Origin: Cytophagales bacterium
GTDB lineage: Bacteria; Bacteroidota; Bacteroidia; Cytophagales; MED-G16
Assembly: GCA_029940715.1 (NCBI GenBank)
Contig: JAPYTU010000002.1
Location: 1 to 41,173, forward strand
Direction: 5' to 3'
DNA: 41,173 nt
Shown in pieces: positions 28,179-39,281 of this stretch. The notes beneath the pieces were generated by a model. It saw only the letters and a list, made by a program, of their open reading frames with translations, was not told the origin of the DNA and did not search any database. The position numbers and the translations under genes were made by a program. The first letter of the stretch is position 1. Every line of letters begins with the position of its first letter.

Positions 28179-28674
28179 TGAAAATTTGATTTATATTTTT
28201 TCCTCTCTGTTTTGCAACTGTCAATGGATCTCTTAATTTCATCAAACCATTAAAAGTAGCCTTAACAACATTATGTGGATTAGATGAACCTTTAGACTTA
28301 GCTAAAACATCTTTTATTCCAGCACTTTCCATTACTGCTCTCATAGCACCACCAGCTATAACACCAGTACCAGGAGAAGCAGGTTTCATTAATACCAAAC
28401 CTCCACCATATTTACCAATAACTTCATGAGGTATTGTATTTTTAAATACAGAAACATTAACCAAATTCTTTTTAGCATTATCAGTACCCTTAATAATAGC
28501 ATTAGTAACTTCCTTAGCTTTTCCTAATCCATAGCCCGCAACTCCATTCTCATTACCAACTACCACAATAGCAGAAAAACTAAATCTTCTACCTCCCTTT
28601 ACAACCTTAGCAACTCTCTGTATAGAAACAACTTTTTCTTTTAATTCTAAATCACTTGCTTTTATATTTTTCAT
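28171..28674 (-). CDS. rpsE: 30S ribosomal protein S5
   Basis: [26 protein letters not shown] and operon position identify it. Confidence 0.96.
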   Translation of the reverse strand: MKNIKASDLELKEKVVSIQRVAKVVKGGRRFSFSAIVVVGNENGVAGYGLGKAKEVTNAIIKGTDNAKKNLVNVSVFKNTIPHEVIGKYGGGLVLMKPASPGTGVIAGGAMRAVMESAGIKDVLAKSKGSSNPHNVVKATFNGLMKLRDPLTVAKQRGKNINQIFNG

Positions 28675-28677
28675 ATT

Positions 28678-29028
28678 TTAAAAAATTAATCCTCCTTCTC
28701 TTGCACCATCTGCAAAAGACTTTATTTTACCATGGTATAAATAACCACTTCTATCAAAAATTACTTTAGAAATACCTTTTTTGGTTGCTTTTTTAGCAAG
28801 TTTAACACCAACTTCTTTGGAATTAGCAATATTATTTTGGCCAAACTTGCCTATTTCATTTGATGAACACGAAACTAATGTTAATCCTAAATTATCATCT
28901 ATTATTTGAGAGTATATACCTTTATTACTTTTAAAAATAGATACTCTTGGTTTATCATTAGTACCAGAAAGTTTTGATCTGATATTTTTTCTAATTTTTA
29001 ATCTTCTTTTTTCTTTATTAAAACTCAT
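28678..29028 (-). CDS. rplR: 50S ribosomal protein L18
   Basis: PRVSIFKSNKGIYSQIIDD, the C-terminal GYLYHGKIKSFADGAREGGLIF and operon position identify it. Confidence 0.95.
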   Translation of the reverse strand: MSFNKEKRRLKIRKNIRSKLSGTNDKPRVSIFKSNKGIYSQIIDDNLGLTLVSCSSNEIGKFGQNNIANSKEVGVKLAKKATKKGISKVIFDRSGYLYHGKIKSFADGAREGGLIF

Positions 29029-29046
29029 ATTATTATATATTATTAT

Positions 29047-29598
29047 CTAAGCTGCTGCTGTTTTACCAAGTTTTCTTCTAACATATTCTCCAACAAATTT
29101 AACACCTTTACCTTTATATGGTTCAACTGGCCTAAATGATTTTAACTTAGCTGCGATTTGACCAATAAGCTGTTTATCAATGCTGTTCAGAATAATAACT
29201 GGAGCTTTACCTTTTTTAGAATCAGTTGTAACTTTAACTTCCTTAGGAACATCAAAATAGATATTATGAGAAAATCCTAAACTCATATTTAATAGATTTC
29301 CTTGAGATGATGCTTTAAAACCAACTCCAACTAATTCTAACTTTAGTTCATATCCTTCAGAAACACCCACAATACAATTATTAATTAATGATCTATATAA
29401 TCCATGTAATGATTTATATCTTTTTTGTTCAGAAGGTCTAGAAACTGTTAAAATATTCTCATCAATTTTAATCTTAAAATCTGAATCAACATTTTGATTT
29501 AACTCTCCCTTTGGACCTTTAATATTAATGATTGAACCATTAACATTAACGGATACACCTTCTGGAATTAATATTGGACTTAAACCTATTCTAGACAT
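29047..29598 (-). CDS. rplF: 50S ribosomal protein L6
   Basis: MSRIGLSPILIPEGVSV, a length of 183 aa and operon position identify it. Confidence 0.95.
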   Translation of the reverse strand: MSRIGLSPILIPEGVSVNVNGSIINIKGPKGELNQNVDSDFKIKIDENILTVSRPSEQKRYKSLHGLYRSLINNCIVGVSEGYELKLELVGVGFKASSQGNLLNMSLGFSHNIYFDVPKEVKVTTDSKKGKAPVIILNSIDKQLIGQIAAKLKSFRPVEPYKGKGVKFVGEYVRRKLGKTAAA

Positions 29599-29607
29599 AC
29601 AATTTAT

Positions 29608-30006
29608 TTAATAAACATAACATAATACTTCACCACCAATTTTTAATTTCTTAGCTTCTTTATCAGTAATTACACCTTTAGACGTTGATAAAATAGCAAT
29701 ACCTAATCCATTTATTACTCTTGGTAAATTGTCAATACCAACATACTTTCTTAAACCTGGCTTACTTATTCTATCAATTTTTTCAATAGCTGATACTTTT
29801 GTTCTAGCATTATATTTAAGTGCTATTTTAATTTTTCCTTGAATACTATCGTCTTCAAACTTATAGTTTGTTATAAATCCTTTTTCATGCAAAACTCTAG
29901 TAATTTCTTTTTTAATATTAGAAGAAGGGATTTCAACTATTCTATGCTTGGCACTAATACCATTTCGTATTCTTGTTAAAAAGTCAGCAATTGGATCTGT
30001 ATTCAT
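29608..30006 (-). CDS. rpsH: 30S ribosomal protein S8
   Basis: [13 protein letters not shown], the C-terminal GGEVLCYVY and operon position identify it. Confidence 0.96.
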   Translation of the reverse strand: MNTDPIADFLTRIRNGISAKHRIVEIPSSNIKKEITRVLHEKGFITNYKFEDDSIQGKIKIALKYNARTKVSAIEKIDRISKPGLRKYVGIDNLPRVINGLGIAILSTSKGVITDKEAKKLKIGGEVLCYVY

Positions 30007-30029
30007 TATTTTTTATTTAAAAAAGTTTG

Positions 30030-30037
30030 CAAATTTA
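30030..30037 (-). promoter_or_regulatory. Candidate internal -7 box (TAAATTTG) in the rpsN-rpsH spacer
   Basis: The minus strand reads TAAATTTG 23 nt upstream of the rpsH ATG. A possible TTG lies 20 nt further upstream, inside the rpsN 3' end. This is a weak call. Confidence 0.3.
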
Positions 30038-30053
30038 ATCATTTATATGAAAG

Positions 30054-30323
30054 TTACCAACTAGCTTTAGTTATTCCAGGTATTTTACCCTCTGAAGCCA
30101 TTTTCCTAAATTCCAATCTAGATATTCCAAATTTTCTCATATATCCTTTTGGCCTTCCAGAAAGACTACATCTATTATGCAACCTAACAGCAGATGAATT
30201 TCTCGGAAGTTTATCTAAACCTTCCCAATCACCATTAGCTTTTAACTCTTTTCTTTTTGCAGAATACTTAGCTACAAGTTTTCTTCTTTTACGATCTCTT
30301 ACATTTACACTAATTTTTGCCAT
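30054..30323 (-). CDS. rpsN: 30S ribosomal protein S14 (89-aa form)
   Basis: The C-terminal [39 protein letters not shown] and operon position identify it. Confidence 0.95.
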   Translation of the reverse strand: MAKISVNVRDRKRRKLVAKYSAKRKELKANGDWEGLDKLPRNSSAVRLHNRCSLSGRPKGYMRKFGISRLEFRKMASEGKIPGITKASW

Positions 30324-30332
30324 ATTTATAAT

Positions 30333-30884
30333 TTAATTTCTTGAAATAAAAGGCATTCCAAAAGCCTTTAATAATTCAAAACTATCTTTATCACTATTGG
30401 AATCTATAACAATAGTTATATTCATACCAGTAACCTTATTTATTTTATCTATACTTATTTCAGGAAAAATAATTTGTTCTTTAACTCCTAAAGTATAATT
30501 ACCATTTCCATCAAATCCTCTATCATTTAATCCTCTAAAATCCCTAACTCTTGGTAATGCAACAGAAATTAGTCTATCAAGAAATTCATACATAATATTT
30601 CCTCTTAAAGTAACTTTTACACCAATCGGCATACCTTCTCTAAGTTTAAAATTTGAAATTGAAGTTTTAGCTTTTGTTGCAACAGCTTTTTGACCTGTTA
30701 TTAAGGATAGTTCATCAATTCCATACTGAATAAGTTTTTTATCATTGACTGAAGCTCCAAGACCCTGATTTATTGAGATTTTTTTAATTTTTGGAACTTG
30801 CATCCGCGATTTATATTGTAATTTTTCCTTTAAAACAGGAACAATTTTATCAGTATATATATTTCTAAGTCTTGCGTTATTCAT
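30333..30884 (-). CDS. rplE: 50S ribosomal protein L5
   Basis: A 183-aa protein with VPKIKKISINQGLG and DGNGNYTLGVKEQIIFPEI, in the expected operon position. Confidence 0.95.
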   Translation of the reverse strand: MNNARLRNIYTDKIVPVLKEKLQYKSRMQVPKIKKISINQGLGASVNDKKLIQYGIDELSLITGQKAVATKAKTSISNFKLREGMPIGVKVTLRGNIMYEFLDRLISVALPRVRDFRGLNDRGFDGNGNYTLGVKEQIIFPEISIDKINKVTGMNITIVIDSNSDKDSFELLKAFGMPFISRN

Positions 30885-31201
30885 TATTTGATAATTTTAT
30901 TTGATTTTTTAGAAAACCTTTCCATTTTACCATCTTTATTTCTTTTTCTATAAATTTTAGTAGGTTTCCCATTTGATGGATCTACAAGCATTAAATTACT
31001 TAAATGTAGGGATGCTTCTTTCTTTTCAATACCTCCTTTAGGATTATCTGCGGATGGTTTAATATGTCTAGTTACAAGATTTATACCTTCTAAAATAGCA
31101 GAATATTTTTTAGGTGATACACTTAACACCTTTGCCGTCTTACCCTTATTATTTCCTGACAAAACTATTACCGTATCTCCTTTTTTAACATGTAACTTCA
31201 T
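30884..31201 (-). CDS. rplX: 50S ribosomal protein L24
   Basis: MKLHVKKGDTVIVLSGNNKGKTAKVL (KOW motif) and operon position identify it. Confidence 0.95.
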   Translation of the reverse strand: MKLHVKKGDTVIVLSGNNKGKTAKVLSVSPKKYSAILEGINLVTRHIKPSADNPKGGIEKKEASLHLSNLMLVDPSNGKPTKIYRKRNKDGKMERFSKKSNKIIK

Positions 31202-31210
31202 ATCTTTTTA

Positions 31211-31579
31211 TTATAAAACCTCAGGTGCTAATGAAACTATTTTCATAAATTTTTTCTCTCTAAGTTCTCTGGCAACAGGTCCAAATACTCTAGTACCTTT
31301 TAATTCATCATTTTCATTTAATAAAATTGCAGCATTGTCTTCAAATCTAATATAAGAACCATCTTTTCTTCTTACTTCTTTTTTAGTTCTAACTACAACA
31401 GCTCTTGATACTGTTCCTTTTTTAATAGAACTTGAAGCAATTGCATTTTTAACTGTAACAACAATTTTGTCACCAAGTGAGGCATATCTTTTTTTTGTTC
31501 CTCCTAAAACTCTAATGCAAAGAACTTCTCTTGCTCCACTATTATCTGCAATTTTTAATCTACTTTCTTGTTGTATCAT
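31211..31579 (-). CDS. rplN: 50S ribosomal protein L14
   Basis: [27 protein letters not shown] identifies it. Confidence 0.97.
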   Translation of the reverse strand: MIQQESRLKIADNSGAREVLCIRVLGGTKKRYASLGDKIVVTVKNAIASSSIKKGTVSRAVVVRTKKEVRRKDGSYIRFEDNAAILLNENDELKGTRVFGPVARELREKKFMKIVSLAPEVL

Positions 31580-31581
31580 AA

Positions 31582-31836
31582 TTATTTAACTTTTTCTAAT
31601 ACTTTAATTAATCTCCATCTTTTATTTTTACTCAATGGTCTAGTTTCCATAATTCGAACTTTATCTCCAATATTACACTGATTAGACTCATCATGAGCAG
31701 TCAATTTTGAACTTTTAACGACAAATTTTCCATACATAGGATGTTTAACTCTTCTGGTAACTTCAACAGAAATAGTTTTATCCATCTTATTACTAGTAAC
31801 AACTCCTTCCCTTTGTTTTCTTAAATTTCTTTCCAT
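31582..31836 (-). CDS. rpsQ: 30S ribosomal protein S17
   Basis: [27 protein letters not shown] and operon position identify it. Confidence 0.95.
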   Translation of the reverse strand: MERNLRKQREGVVTSNKMDKTISVEVTRRVKHPMYGKFVVKSSKLTAHDESNQCNIGDKVRIMETRPLSKNKRWRLIKVLEKVK

Positions 31837-31839
31837 ATT

Positions 31840-32028
31840 TTATTTATTTTTATGATAAATTTCTGTTTTTATTCTTGCAACAAATTTTCTAGCTACTTTT
31901 ATTTTCATTGGATTTTCAATTGGAGTTACAGCATGAGAAAAAACCAATTTATCTAAATTTTCTTTCTCAATTATTAACTTTTTATTGAGTTCATCTAATG
32001 ATAATGCTCTTAACTCTGAATTCTTCAT
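31840..32028 (-). CDS. rpmC: 50S ribosomal protein L29
   Basis: A 62-aa protein starting MKNSELRALSLDELNKKL, positioned between rplP and rpsQ. Confidence 0.93.
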   Translation of the reverse strand: MKNSELRALSLDELNKKLIIEKENLDKLVFSHAVTPIENPMKIKVARKFVARIKTEIYHKNK

Positions 32029-32029
32029 T

Positions 32030-32449
32030 TTATTCTACGTAATCTCGTCTAACAACAAATTTTGTTCTAACCGGTAACTTTTGTGCAGCTAATCGAAGTG
32101 CTTCCTTTGCAACTTTAGTTGTAACACCTCCTGCTTCAAACATAATAGTACCTGGTTTAATAACAGCAACCCAATATTCTGGAGCTCCTTTACCTTTACC
32201 CATTCTTACTTCAGCTGGCTTTTTAGTAATTGGTTTATCAGGAAAAATTCTTATCCAAACCTGACCTTCTCTTTTCATTTTTCTAGTTACAGCTATCCTT
32301 GCTGCCTCTAATTGTCTTGAAGTTATCCAACCAGGTTCCAAAGATTTTATACCAAAAGAACCAAAATTAATTAAATGCCCTCTTTGAGCAATACCCTTAA
32401 CTCTTCCTTTTTGTTTTTTTCTAAATTTTGTTCTCTTTGGCTGTAACAT
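32030..32449 (-). CDS. rplP: 50S ribosomal protein L16
   Basis: [16 protein letters not shown] and [19 protein letters not shown] identify it. Confidence 0.97.
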   Translation of the reverse strand: MLQPKRTKFRKKQKGRVKGIAQRGHLINFGSFGIKSLEPGWITSRQLEAARIAVTRKMKREGQVWIRIFPDKPITKKPAEVRMGKGKGAPEYWVAVIKPGTIMFEAGGVTTKVAKEALRLAAQKLPVRTKFVVRRDYVE

Positions 32450-32459
32450 ACTTTATAAA

Positions 32460-33134
32460 TTAAGATTTAAAAGAATTTTTGTTTCCTATATTAAGTGATA
32501 AATCCCTTTTACCAACAACTTCACCTTTAAAAACCCAGACCTTAACTCCAATTTTACCATATATTGTTTTGGATTCACAAATAGCATAATCAATATCTGC
32601 CCTAATAGTATGCAAAGGAATTCTTCCTTCTTTATATTGTTCAGATCTGGCCATTTCAGCTCCACCAATTCTACCAGAAACTTTAACCTTTATTCCTTTA
32701 GCTCCTACTCTCATTGCTGAAGCTATAGCTTGTTTCATTGCTCTTCTATGAGAAATCCTAGCTCTTAACTGTTGAGCTATTGAATCACCAATCAATTTAG
32801 CATCTATTTCAGGCCTTTTTATTTCAAAAATATTAATTTGGACATCCTTTTTGGTTATTTTTTTTAATTCACCTTTTAATTTATCAACCTCTGATCCTCC
32901 TCTTCCAATAATAATACCTGGTCTTGCTGTATGAATTGTAAGTTCTAATAGCTTTAGAGATCTTTCAATAACAATTTTTGAAATGCTTCCTTTAGGTATT
33001 CTAGCTATTATATATTCTCTAATCTTATGATCTTCAACCAATTTATCAGAGAAATTTTTTCCTCCATACCAACTAGATTCCCAACCTTTTACTATCCCTA
33101 ACCTTAAACCTGTAGGATTAACTTTTTGTCCCAT
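32460..33134 (-). CDS. rpsC: 30S ribosomal protein S3
   Basis: [14 protein letters not shown] and a KH-domain GIIIGRGG identify it. The start overlaps the rplV 3' end by 17 nt. Confidence 0.96.
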   Translation of the reverse strand: MGQKVNPTGLRLGIVKGWESSWYGGKNFSDKLVEDHKIREYIIARIPKGSISKIVIERSLKLLELTIHTARPGIIIGRGGSEVDKLKGELKKITKKDVQINIFEIKRPEIDAKLIGDSIAQQLRARISHRRAMKQAIASAMRVGAKGIKVKVSGRIGGAEMARSEQYKEGRIPLHTIRADIDYAICESKTIYGKIGVKVWVFKGEVVGKRDLSLNIGNKNSFKS

Positions 33135-33492
33135 TCTCTTTATCTTTTAAGTTTAAACTGTCTAAAACAATAGTAACATGATTTGATCTTTTTCTAATTC
33201 TATGAGCACGACCTTGTGGTGCTGGTCTCAATCTTTTAATCATTTTACCACCATTTACATAAATTTCTTTAATAAATAAATTAGCATCTTCTATTTTATC
33301 ATCTTTATTTTTTTCTTGCCAATTAGAAATTGCAGAAAGCAATAATTTTTCAAGTCCTTTAGATCCAACTTTAGAATCAAACTTTAATGTATTCAAAGCA
33401 AGATCTACTTTTTTACCTCTTATCAAATCAGCAATAAGTCTCATTTTACGAGGAGATGTAGGAACATTATTTAATTTAGCAAGAGCTTCCAT
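33118..33492 (-). CDS. rplV: 50S ribosomal protein L22
   Basis: [42 protein letters not shown] and operon position identify it. Confidence 0.95.
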   Translation of the reverse strand: MEALAKLNNVPTSPRKMRLIADLIRGKKVDLALNTLKFDSKVGSKGLEKLLLSAISNWQEKNKDDKIEDANLFIKEIYVNGGKMIKRLRPAPQGRAHRIRKRSNHVTIVLDSLNLKDKENGTKS

Positions 33493-33761
33493 TACCTATT
33501 TTTTTTATTAACATGACCTCTAAAATTTCTAGTAGGTGAAAATTCACCCAGTTTATGTCCAACCATATTTTCTGTTATAAAAACAGGAATAAATTTATTT
33601 CCATTATGGATAGCAAATGTATGTCCAACAAAGTCAGGAGATATCATAGATCTTCTTGACCAAGTTTTTATTACACCTTTCTTACCAGAATCATTAGCAT
33701 TATCAATTTTTTTCTTTAATCTAAAATCTATATATGGTCCTTTTTTTAATGATCTTGACAT
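33492..33761 (-). CDS. rpsS: 30S ribosomal protein S19
   Basis: [15 protein letters not shown] and [16 protein letters not shown] identify it. Confidence 0.96.
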   Translation of the reverse strand: MSRSLKKGPYIDFRLKKKIDNANDSGKKGVIKTWSRRSMISPDFVGHTFAIHNGNKFIPVFITENMVGHKLGEFSPTRNFRGHVNKKNR

Positions 33762-33767
33762 AATATT

Positions 33768-34586
33768 TTATTTTCTTTTAGTAATGATAAATTTATCAGA
33801 ATACTTATTTTTCTTTCTAGTTTTTAATCCTTTACTATAAAGACCTTTTCTTGACCTTGGATGTCCTCCAGATGCTTTTCCTTCACCACCACCCATTGGA
33901 TGATCAACTGGATTCATTGCTACACCCCTTACCCTAGGTCTATTTCCAAGCCACCTATTTCTTCCAGCTTTACCTAATCTAGTGTTCATATGATTAGGAT
34001 TAGAAACAGAACCTATTGAAGCTCTACAAGTCAACAATATAAGCCTCATTTCTCCAGATGGCAATTTTACTGAAGCATATTTTCCTTCTTTAGCAAGTAA
34101 CTGAGCATAAGAACCAGCACTTCTAGCTATAGAAGCACCTTTACCAGGAAAAAGTTCTATATTATGTATTATAGTTCCCAAAGGTATTTTAGCTAAAGAC
34201 AAACAATTTCCAATTTCAATAGGTGCATCATCACCAGAATTTATAGCTTGTCCAACTTTTAATCCATGTGGAGTAATAATATAACTTTTAACACCATCTT
34301 TATAATAAATTAATGCTATGTTGGCTGATCTTGTTGGATCATATTCAATTGATTTAACAATAGCATCAATACCATCTTTAATTCTTTTAAAATCTATTAA
34401 TCTGATTTTTCTTTTATGTCCACCCCCTATATTTCTCACAGTCATTTTTCCTTTACTATTTCTACCTCCAGATTTTTTAAGAGTTTTAAGTAAAGATTTT
34501 TCAGGCTTACTTGATGTAATTTCATCAAATACAGGAGCAATTCTAAATCTAAGTCCTGGTGTAACTGGTTTTATTTTTTTTACCAT
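33768..34586 (-). CDS. rplB: 50S ribosomal protein L2
   Basis: A 272-aa protein with [15 protein letters not shown] and [18 protein letters not shown]. Confidence 0.97.
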   Translation of the reverse strand: MVKKIKPVTPGLRFRIAPVFDEITSSKPEKSLLKTLKKSGGRNSKGKMTVRNIGGGHKRKIRLIDFKRIKDGIDAIVKSIEYDPTRSANIALIYYKDGVKSYIITPHGLKVGQAINSGDDAPIEIGNCLSLAKIPLGTIIHNIELFPGKGASIARSAGSYAQLLAKEGKYASVKLPSGEMRLILLTCRASIGSVSNPNHMNTRLGKAGRNRWLGNRPRVRGVAMNPVDHPMGGGEGKASGGHPRSRKGLYSKGLKTRKKNKYSDKFIITKRK

Positions 34587-34595
34587 TTTTTAAAA

Positions 34596-34883
34596 TTATA
34601 CTTGAGAATAAAAATCAATAAATTCTCCTTCTTTTAATTGAACAATAGCTTTCTTATAAGAAGGTTTCCTTCCATTTACAATTCCTGTTTTAGTAAATTT
34701 TGAAACAGATTTCCCTAACACATTCATCGTATTAACATTAATAACTTTAACATTATAAGTACTTTCAACTGCCTTTCTAATTTGAATTTTATTTGCATTT
34801 TTATCAACCATAAAAACAAATATTCCTTTCTCATTTGTAGAAGATGCTTTTTCAGTCAATATTGGTTTCACAAGTACTTTCAT
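34596..34883 (-). CDS. rplW: 50S ribosomal protein L23
   Basis: A 95-aa protein with KPILTEKAS and KKAIVQLKEG, in the expected operon position. Confidence 0.94.
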   Translation of the reverse strand: MKVLVKPILTEKASSTNEKGIFVFMVDKNANKIQIRKAVESTYNVKVINVNTMNVLGKSVSKFTKTGIVNGRKPSYKKAIVQLKEGEFIDFYSQV

Positions 34884-34888
34884 CTAAA

Positions 34889-35515
34889 TTATTTTAAAAT
34901 AGTATTAAGTTTTTCAATAGAGTCTTCAACAAAAACAATATTATCAGCATTAACAATATCATAAGTATTAATATCTTGAACATTTTTCACAATAGAATTT
35001 CTTATGTTGTTAGAAGACAAATGAATATTATTATCAAAATCTGAAAAAAAGAATAATGATTTTTTATTATCAATAGAAAGATTTGATAAAATATCAATAA
35101 AATCCTTAGTTCTAGGTTTTTTTAAATCAAACTTCTCTAAAATAATTAAAGATTTTTCTTTGATTTTATGAGAAAGAGCAGATTTTCTAGCTAAATTTTT
35201 AACTTTTTTATTCACTTTATTTAAATAATTTCTAGGTTCTGGACCAAAAATTTGTCCTCCACCCTTAAATAAAGGAGATTTTATACTACCAGCTCTTGCT
35301 GTTCCAGTTCCCTTTTGTTTTTTAATTTTTCTAGTTGAACCAATTATTTCAGATCTTCCTTTTACTTTACTAGTTCCTTGTCTTTTGTTTGCCAAATGAC
35401 TTTTTACATCAAGATATATAGCATGATCATTAGGTTCAATAGAAAAAATTTTATCAGAAAGTGTAATTTTTTTTCCACTAACTTTTCCAGACGTTTTTTG
35501 TATATCAACTTTCAT
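34889..35515 (-). CDS. rplD: 50S ribosomal protein L4
   Basis: A 208-aa protein with KQKGTGTARAGSIKSPLFKGGGQIFGP, in the expected operon position. Confidence 0.95.
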   Translation of the reverse strand: MKVDIQKTSGKVSGKKITLSDKIFSIEPNDHAIYLDVKSHLANKRQGTSKVKGRSEIIGSTRKIKKQKGTGTARAGSIKSPLFKGGGQIFGPEPRNYLNKVNKKVKNLARKSALSHKIKEKSLIILEKFDLKKPRTKDFIDILSNLSIDNKKSLFFFSDFDNNIHLSSNNIRNSIVKNVQDINTYDIVNADNIVFVEDSIEKLNTILK

Positions 35516-35521
35516 AATAAA

Positions 35522-36154
35522 TTAATTAGATAAAACAACATATGAATTATTAGAACCAGGAACAGATCCTCTGACATATATTAAATTTTTATCAGATAAA
35601 ATTTTTAATATTTTTAAATTTTGTATTTTAATTCTTTCACCACCCATTCTACCACCCATTTTCATACCTTTAAAAACCCTAGAAGGAGTAGATCCTGCAC
35701 CAATAGATCCAGGATGTCTATTTCTATTATGTTGACCGTGTGTACTTTGACCTACACCACCAAAATTATGTCTTTTAACTACCCCCTGAAATCCTTTACC
35801 TTTAGATATTGCTGTTACATCAAGAAATTCGTTTTCATTAAAGATATCCTCAATATTAATTTTCATACCTAATTTAACTTTATCACTAAATTCATCTTTA
35901 AAATTTCTAAACTCAATAATTTTCTTTTTTGGAGTTACTTTTGATGTATCAAAATGACCTTTAAGAGCTTTAGTAGTCTTTTTAGATTTCTTTTCATCAT
36001 AAGCCAATTGGATAGATTTATACCCATCCGTCTTAGATTCCTTTATCTGGGTGACAAAACATGGACCAGCTTCAATTACAGTACATCCTATACTCCTTCC
36101 AGAAGTATCAAAAATACTTGTCATACCCAATTTTTTTCCAATTAATCCTGACAT
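35522..36154 (-). CDS. rplC: 50S ribosomal protein L3
   Basis: [15 protein letters not shown] and [16 protein letters not shown] identify it. Confidence 0.96.
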   Translation of the reverse strand: MSGLIGKKLGMTSIFDTSGRSIGCTVIEAGPCFVTQIKESKTDGYKSIQLAYDEKKSKKTTKALKGHFDTSKVTPKKKIIEFRNFKDEFSDKVKLGMKINIEDIFNENEFLDVTAISKGKGFQGVVKRHNFGGVGQSTHGQHNRNRHPGSIGAGSTPSRVFKGMKMGGRMGGERIKIQNLKILKILSDKNLIYVRGSVPGSNNSYVVLSN

Positions 36155-36201
36155 TTCAAATAAAGCTTTTAATTATTAATTTTTTTTGCCTAAAATGTGT
36201 G

Positions 36202-36232
36202 CAAAGATAATAATTTAAGCTATCTCATCAAA
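36202..36232 (-). promoter_or_regulatory. Bacteroidetes-type promoter (TTTG-N19-TATCTTTG) inside the rpsJ-rplC spacer
   Basis: On the minus strand, TTTG (36232-36229), a 19-nt spacer and TATCTTTG (36209-36202) fit both the -33 TTTG / -7 TAnnTTTG consensus and its spacing. The -7 box ends 47 nt upstream of the rplC ATG. Confidence 0.6.
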
Positions 36233-36343
36233 TATTAGAAAACTTATTTTTTAGATAAAAAATGGCGAAAAAAAGAGTTTATTTATCAATTATTATCTTT
36301 CTAACCTCTAGTGATCTATCAACCTCTAAAATTATTAAAAAAA

Positions 36344-36649
36344 TTATACTTTTATTTCAACATCAACACCACTTGGGAGTTCTAATTTCATAAGAGCATC
36401 AACAGTCTGACTACTATTAGAATATATGTCAAGAAGTCTTTTATAGGTACATAATTTAAACTGTTCTCTTGAAGTTTTATTAACATGCGGAGATCTTAAA
36501 ACAGTAAATATTTCTTTTCTTGTAGGTAATGGTATAGGACCATTAACAATAGCGCCAGTAGTTTTAACTGCTTTTACAATTTTATCTGAACTCTTATCAA
36601 CAAGATTATGATCAAAAGATTTTAGTTTTATTCTAATTTTTTGTGACAT
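36344..36649 (-). CDS. rpsJ: 30S ribosomal protein S10
   Basis: [20 protein letters not shown] and [22 protein letters not shown] identify it. Confidence 0.97.
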   Translation of the reverse strand: MSQKIRIKLKSFDHNLVDKSSDKIVKAVKTTGAIVNGPIPLPTRKEIFTVLRSPHVNKTSREQFKLCTYKRLLDIYSNSSQTVDALMKLELPSGVDVEIKV

Positions 36650-36664
36650 ATTCTATTAGTTTAA

Positions 36665-38794
36665 TTAACCATTATTTTTTTTAATAATTTCTTCAGCTAT
36701 ATTTTTTGGAACATTATTATAATGAGAAAAAGTTAAAGAAGCTGACGCTCTACCAGAGCTCAATGTTCTTAGATCAGTAACATAACCAAATAATTCAGAA
36801 AGCGGAACATCTGCTTTAATTATTTTAGCATTACCCTTCATATCCATACCTTTCATAATTCCTCTTCTTTTATTTAAATCCCCTGTTACACCTCCTGTAA
36901 ATTCATCAGGAGTAACAACTTCAACTGACATTATGGGTTCTAAAAGTACAGGGCTAGCTTTTTTTGTAGATTCTTTAAATCCAATTCTTGAAGCTAATTC
37001 AAAAGATAAAGAGTCAGAATCAACATCATGAAAAGATCCATCATATAATCTAACTTTCATATTTTGAATAGGAAATCCAGCTAATGGTCCATTTTCCATA
37101 GCGTATTTAAACCCTTTTTCAACTGAAGGAATGAATTCTCTTGGTATTTTTCCACCAACAATTTGATTTACAAATTGCAAACCTTCTCCAACATAATCTT
37201 CATCTTTTGGTCCTATTTCAAAAACAATATCAGCAAACTTACCTCTACCTCCTGATTGTTTTTTATAGACTTCTTGATGCTTAGTTGATCCTAATAAAGT
37301 TTCTTTATATGCGACTTGTGGAGCACCTTGATTAATTTCAACTTTAAATTCTCTTCTTAATCTATCAATAATTATTTCTAAATGAAGTTCTCCCATTCCT
37401 CTCAAAATAGTCTGACCTGTTTCCTCATCAGTATTAACTTTTAAAGTAGGATCTTCTTCCACTAATTTACTAATAGCTATACCAAGCCTATCAATATCTG
37501 CCTGCTGTTTAGGTTCTATAGCATAGCCAATTACTGGATCTGGAAACGACATTGATTCTAAAATAATTTTATATTTTTCATCTGATAATGTATCTCCCGT
37601 TTTAATATCTTTAAAACCAACACCAGCACAAATATCACCAGCCTCAACAACATCTATAGGATTTTGTTTATTTGAATGCATTTGCATAAGTCGTGAAATT
37701 CTTTCCTTTTTTTCATTCCTATTATTAAATACATATGATCCAGCATTAAGTTTACCAGAATAAACTCTAAAGAAACACAACCTACCAACAAATGGATCAG
37801 TAGCAATTTTAAAAGCAAGAGCAGAAAAAGGCTCCTGATTAGAAGGTTTTCTTACAACCTCTTGATCATTTTCTGGATTTAATCCTGTAATAGGAGGTAA
37901 GTCCAAAGGAGAAGGTAAATAAGAACATACTGCATCAAGTAATGCCTGAACACCTTTATTCTTAAATGCTGATCCACACATAACAGGAGAAAAAGACATG
38001 TCAATAACAGCCTTTCTAATTGCACTCATCATTTCTTCTTTAGTAATAGAATCAGGATCTTCAAAAAATTTCTCTAATAAATTATCATCATATTCAGCCA
38101 CACTTTCAATCAATTTTTGTCTCCATTCATCAACCAAATCTTTTAATTCATCAGGGATTTCTACAACCTCATAGCTCATACCCTGATCATCATCATTCCA
38201 TATAATTGCTTCTTTAGTTATTAAATCTACTACTCCTTTAAACTTTTCTTCGGCACCTATAGGTATTTGTAATGGTACTGGATTTGCGTTAAGTTTTTCT
38301 TTAATTTCCTTAACTACATTTAAAAAATCAGCACCTGCTCTATCCATTTTATTAACAAAACATATCCTAGGTACATTATACTTATCTGCTTGTCTCCATA
38401 CAGTCTCAGATTGTGGCTCAACACCAGATACGGCACAAAATAATGCAACAGCTCCATCAAGAACTCTCAAAGATCTCTCTACTTCAACAGTAAAATCAAC
38501 ATGACCAGGAGTATCAATTATATTAATTCTATAATCATTAGAATGATCCAATACTTTTCCCTGTTTTGTAGGATATTTCCAAAAAGTTGTAGTTGCCGCT
38601 GAAGTAATAGTTATTCCTCTCTCTTGCTCTTGCTCCATCCAATCCATTGTTGCAGCACCATCATGAACTTCACCAATTTTATGACTAACTCCAGTATAAA
38701 ATAAAACTCTCTCTGTTATAGTAGTTTTTCCAGCATCAATATGAGCCATTATACCAATATTTCTCAAATAATTTAAATCTTTTATAGCAGCCAT
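36665..38794 (-). CDS. fusA: Elongation factor G
   Basis: A 709-aa protein with [28 protein letters not shown] and NKMDR G-motifs. Confidence 0.97.
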   Translation of the reverse strand: MAAIKDLNYLRNIGIMAHIDAGKTTITERVLFYTGVSHKIGEVHDGAATMDWMEQEQERGITITSAATTTFWKYPTKQGKVLDHSNDYRINIIDTPGHVDFTVEVERSLRVLDGAVALFCAVSGVEPQSETVWRQADKYNVPRICFVNKMDRAGADFLNVVKEIKEKLNANPVPLQIPIGAEEKFKGVVDLITKEAIIWNDDDQGMSYEVVEIPDELKDLVDEWRQKLIESVAEYDDNLLEKFFEDPDSITKEEMMSAIRKAVIDMSFSPVMCGSAFKNKGVQALLDAVCSYLPSPLDLPPITGLNPENDQEVVRKPSNQEPFSALAFKIATDPFVGRLCFFRVYSGKLNAGSYVFNNRNEKKERISRLMQMHSNKQNPIDVVEAGDICAGVGFKDIKTGDTLSDEKYKIILESMSFPDPVIGYAIEPKQQADIDRLGIAISKLVEEDPTLKVNTDEETGQTILRGMGELHLEIIIDRLRREFKVEINQGAPQVAYKETLLGSTKHQEVYKKQSGGRGKFADIVFEIGPKDEDYVGEGLQFVNQIVGGKIPREFIPSVEKGFKYAMENGPLAGFPIQNMKVRLYDGSFHDVDSDSLSFELASRIGFKESTKKASPVLLEPIMSVEVVTPDEFTGGVTGDLNKRRGIMKGMDMKGNAKIIKADVPLSELFGYVTDLRTLSSGRASASLTFSHYNNVPKNIAEEIIKKNNG

Positions 38795-38808
38795 ATCAAG
38801 TTATATAT

Positions 38809-39276
38809 TTAGAATCTGAAATGAGAAAACGCTTTATTTGCTTCTGCCATTCTATGTGTATCGTCTTTTTTCTTTACAGCATTACCTTCACCTTTAGATG
38901 CCGCAATAATTTCATTAGCTAATCTTTCTTTCATTGATTTTTCGTTTCTAAGTCTAGCGTATTTAATAAGCCATTTCTGACCTAATGTAATTTTTCTAAG
39001 TGGTCTAACTTCTATAGGAACTTGAAAATTAGCACCACCAACTCTTCTGCTTTTCACTTCTACAGATGGCATAACATTGCTTAGAGCTTTCTTCCATAAC
39101 TCTAAGCCTTTTTCTTTAGTTTTTTCTTCAACAATTTTTAAAGCATCATAAAAAATTGAATATGAAATACTTTTTTTACCATCTAACATAAGATTATTAA
39201 CAAATTGAGTAACTAAAGCATCCTTATAAATAGGGTCCGGTAGATAATATCTTTTTTTAGGCTTAGATTTTCTCAT
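38809..39276 (-). CDS. rpsG: 30S ribosomal protein S7
   Basis: A 155-aa protein with [16 protein letters not shown] and the C-terminal [12 protein letters not shown]. Confidence 0.96.
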   Translation of the reverse strand: MRKSKPKKRYYLPDPIYKDALVTQFVNNLMLDGKKSISYSIFYDALKIVEEKTKEKGLELWKKALSNVMPSVEVKSRRVGGANFQVPIEVRPLRKITLGQKWLIKYARLRNEKSMKERLANEIIAASKGEGNAVKKKDDTHRMAEANKAFSHFRF

Positions 39277-39281
39277 ATCTA

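Noticed and set aside
28691-28697. AAGGAGG on the minus strand upstream of rpsE, a possible rare Shine-Dalgarno sequence in an otherwise SD-less genome.
   Set aside because: It encodes the conserved C-terminal ...REGG... of L18. It lies 16 nt from the rpsE ATG, which is too far for canonical SD spacing. Other GGAGG occurrences I noticed are also internal to coding sequence (Gly-Gly codons).
32486-32668. A 60-aa minus-strand ORF in an alternative frame inside rpsC.
   Set aside because: It is an out-of-frame ORF within the highly conserved S3 gene, and I saw no signal for frameshifting or an independent start.
36262-36393. A 43-aa plus-strand sORF (MAKKRVYLSIIIFLTSS...) that starts in the rpsJ-rplC spacer and runs antisense into the rpsJ 3' end.
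   Set aside because: It has no promoter box upstream on the plus strand and overlaps rpsJ antisense. Its hydrophobic start is what an A/T-rich spacer would be expected to produce. The evidence is insufficient.
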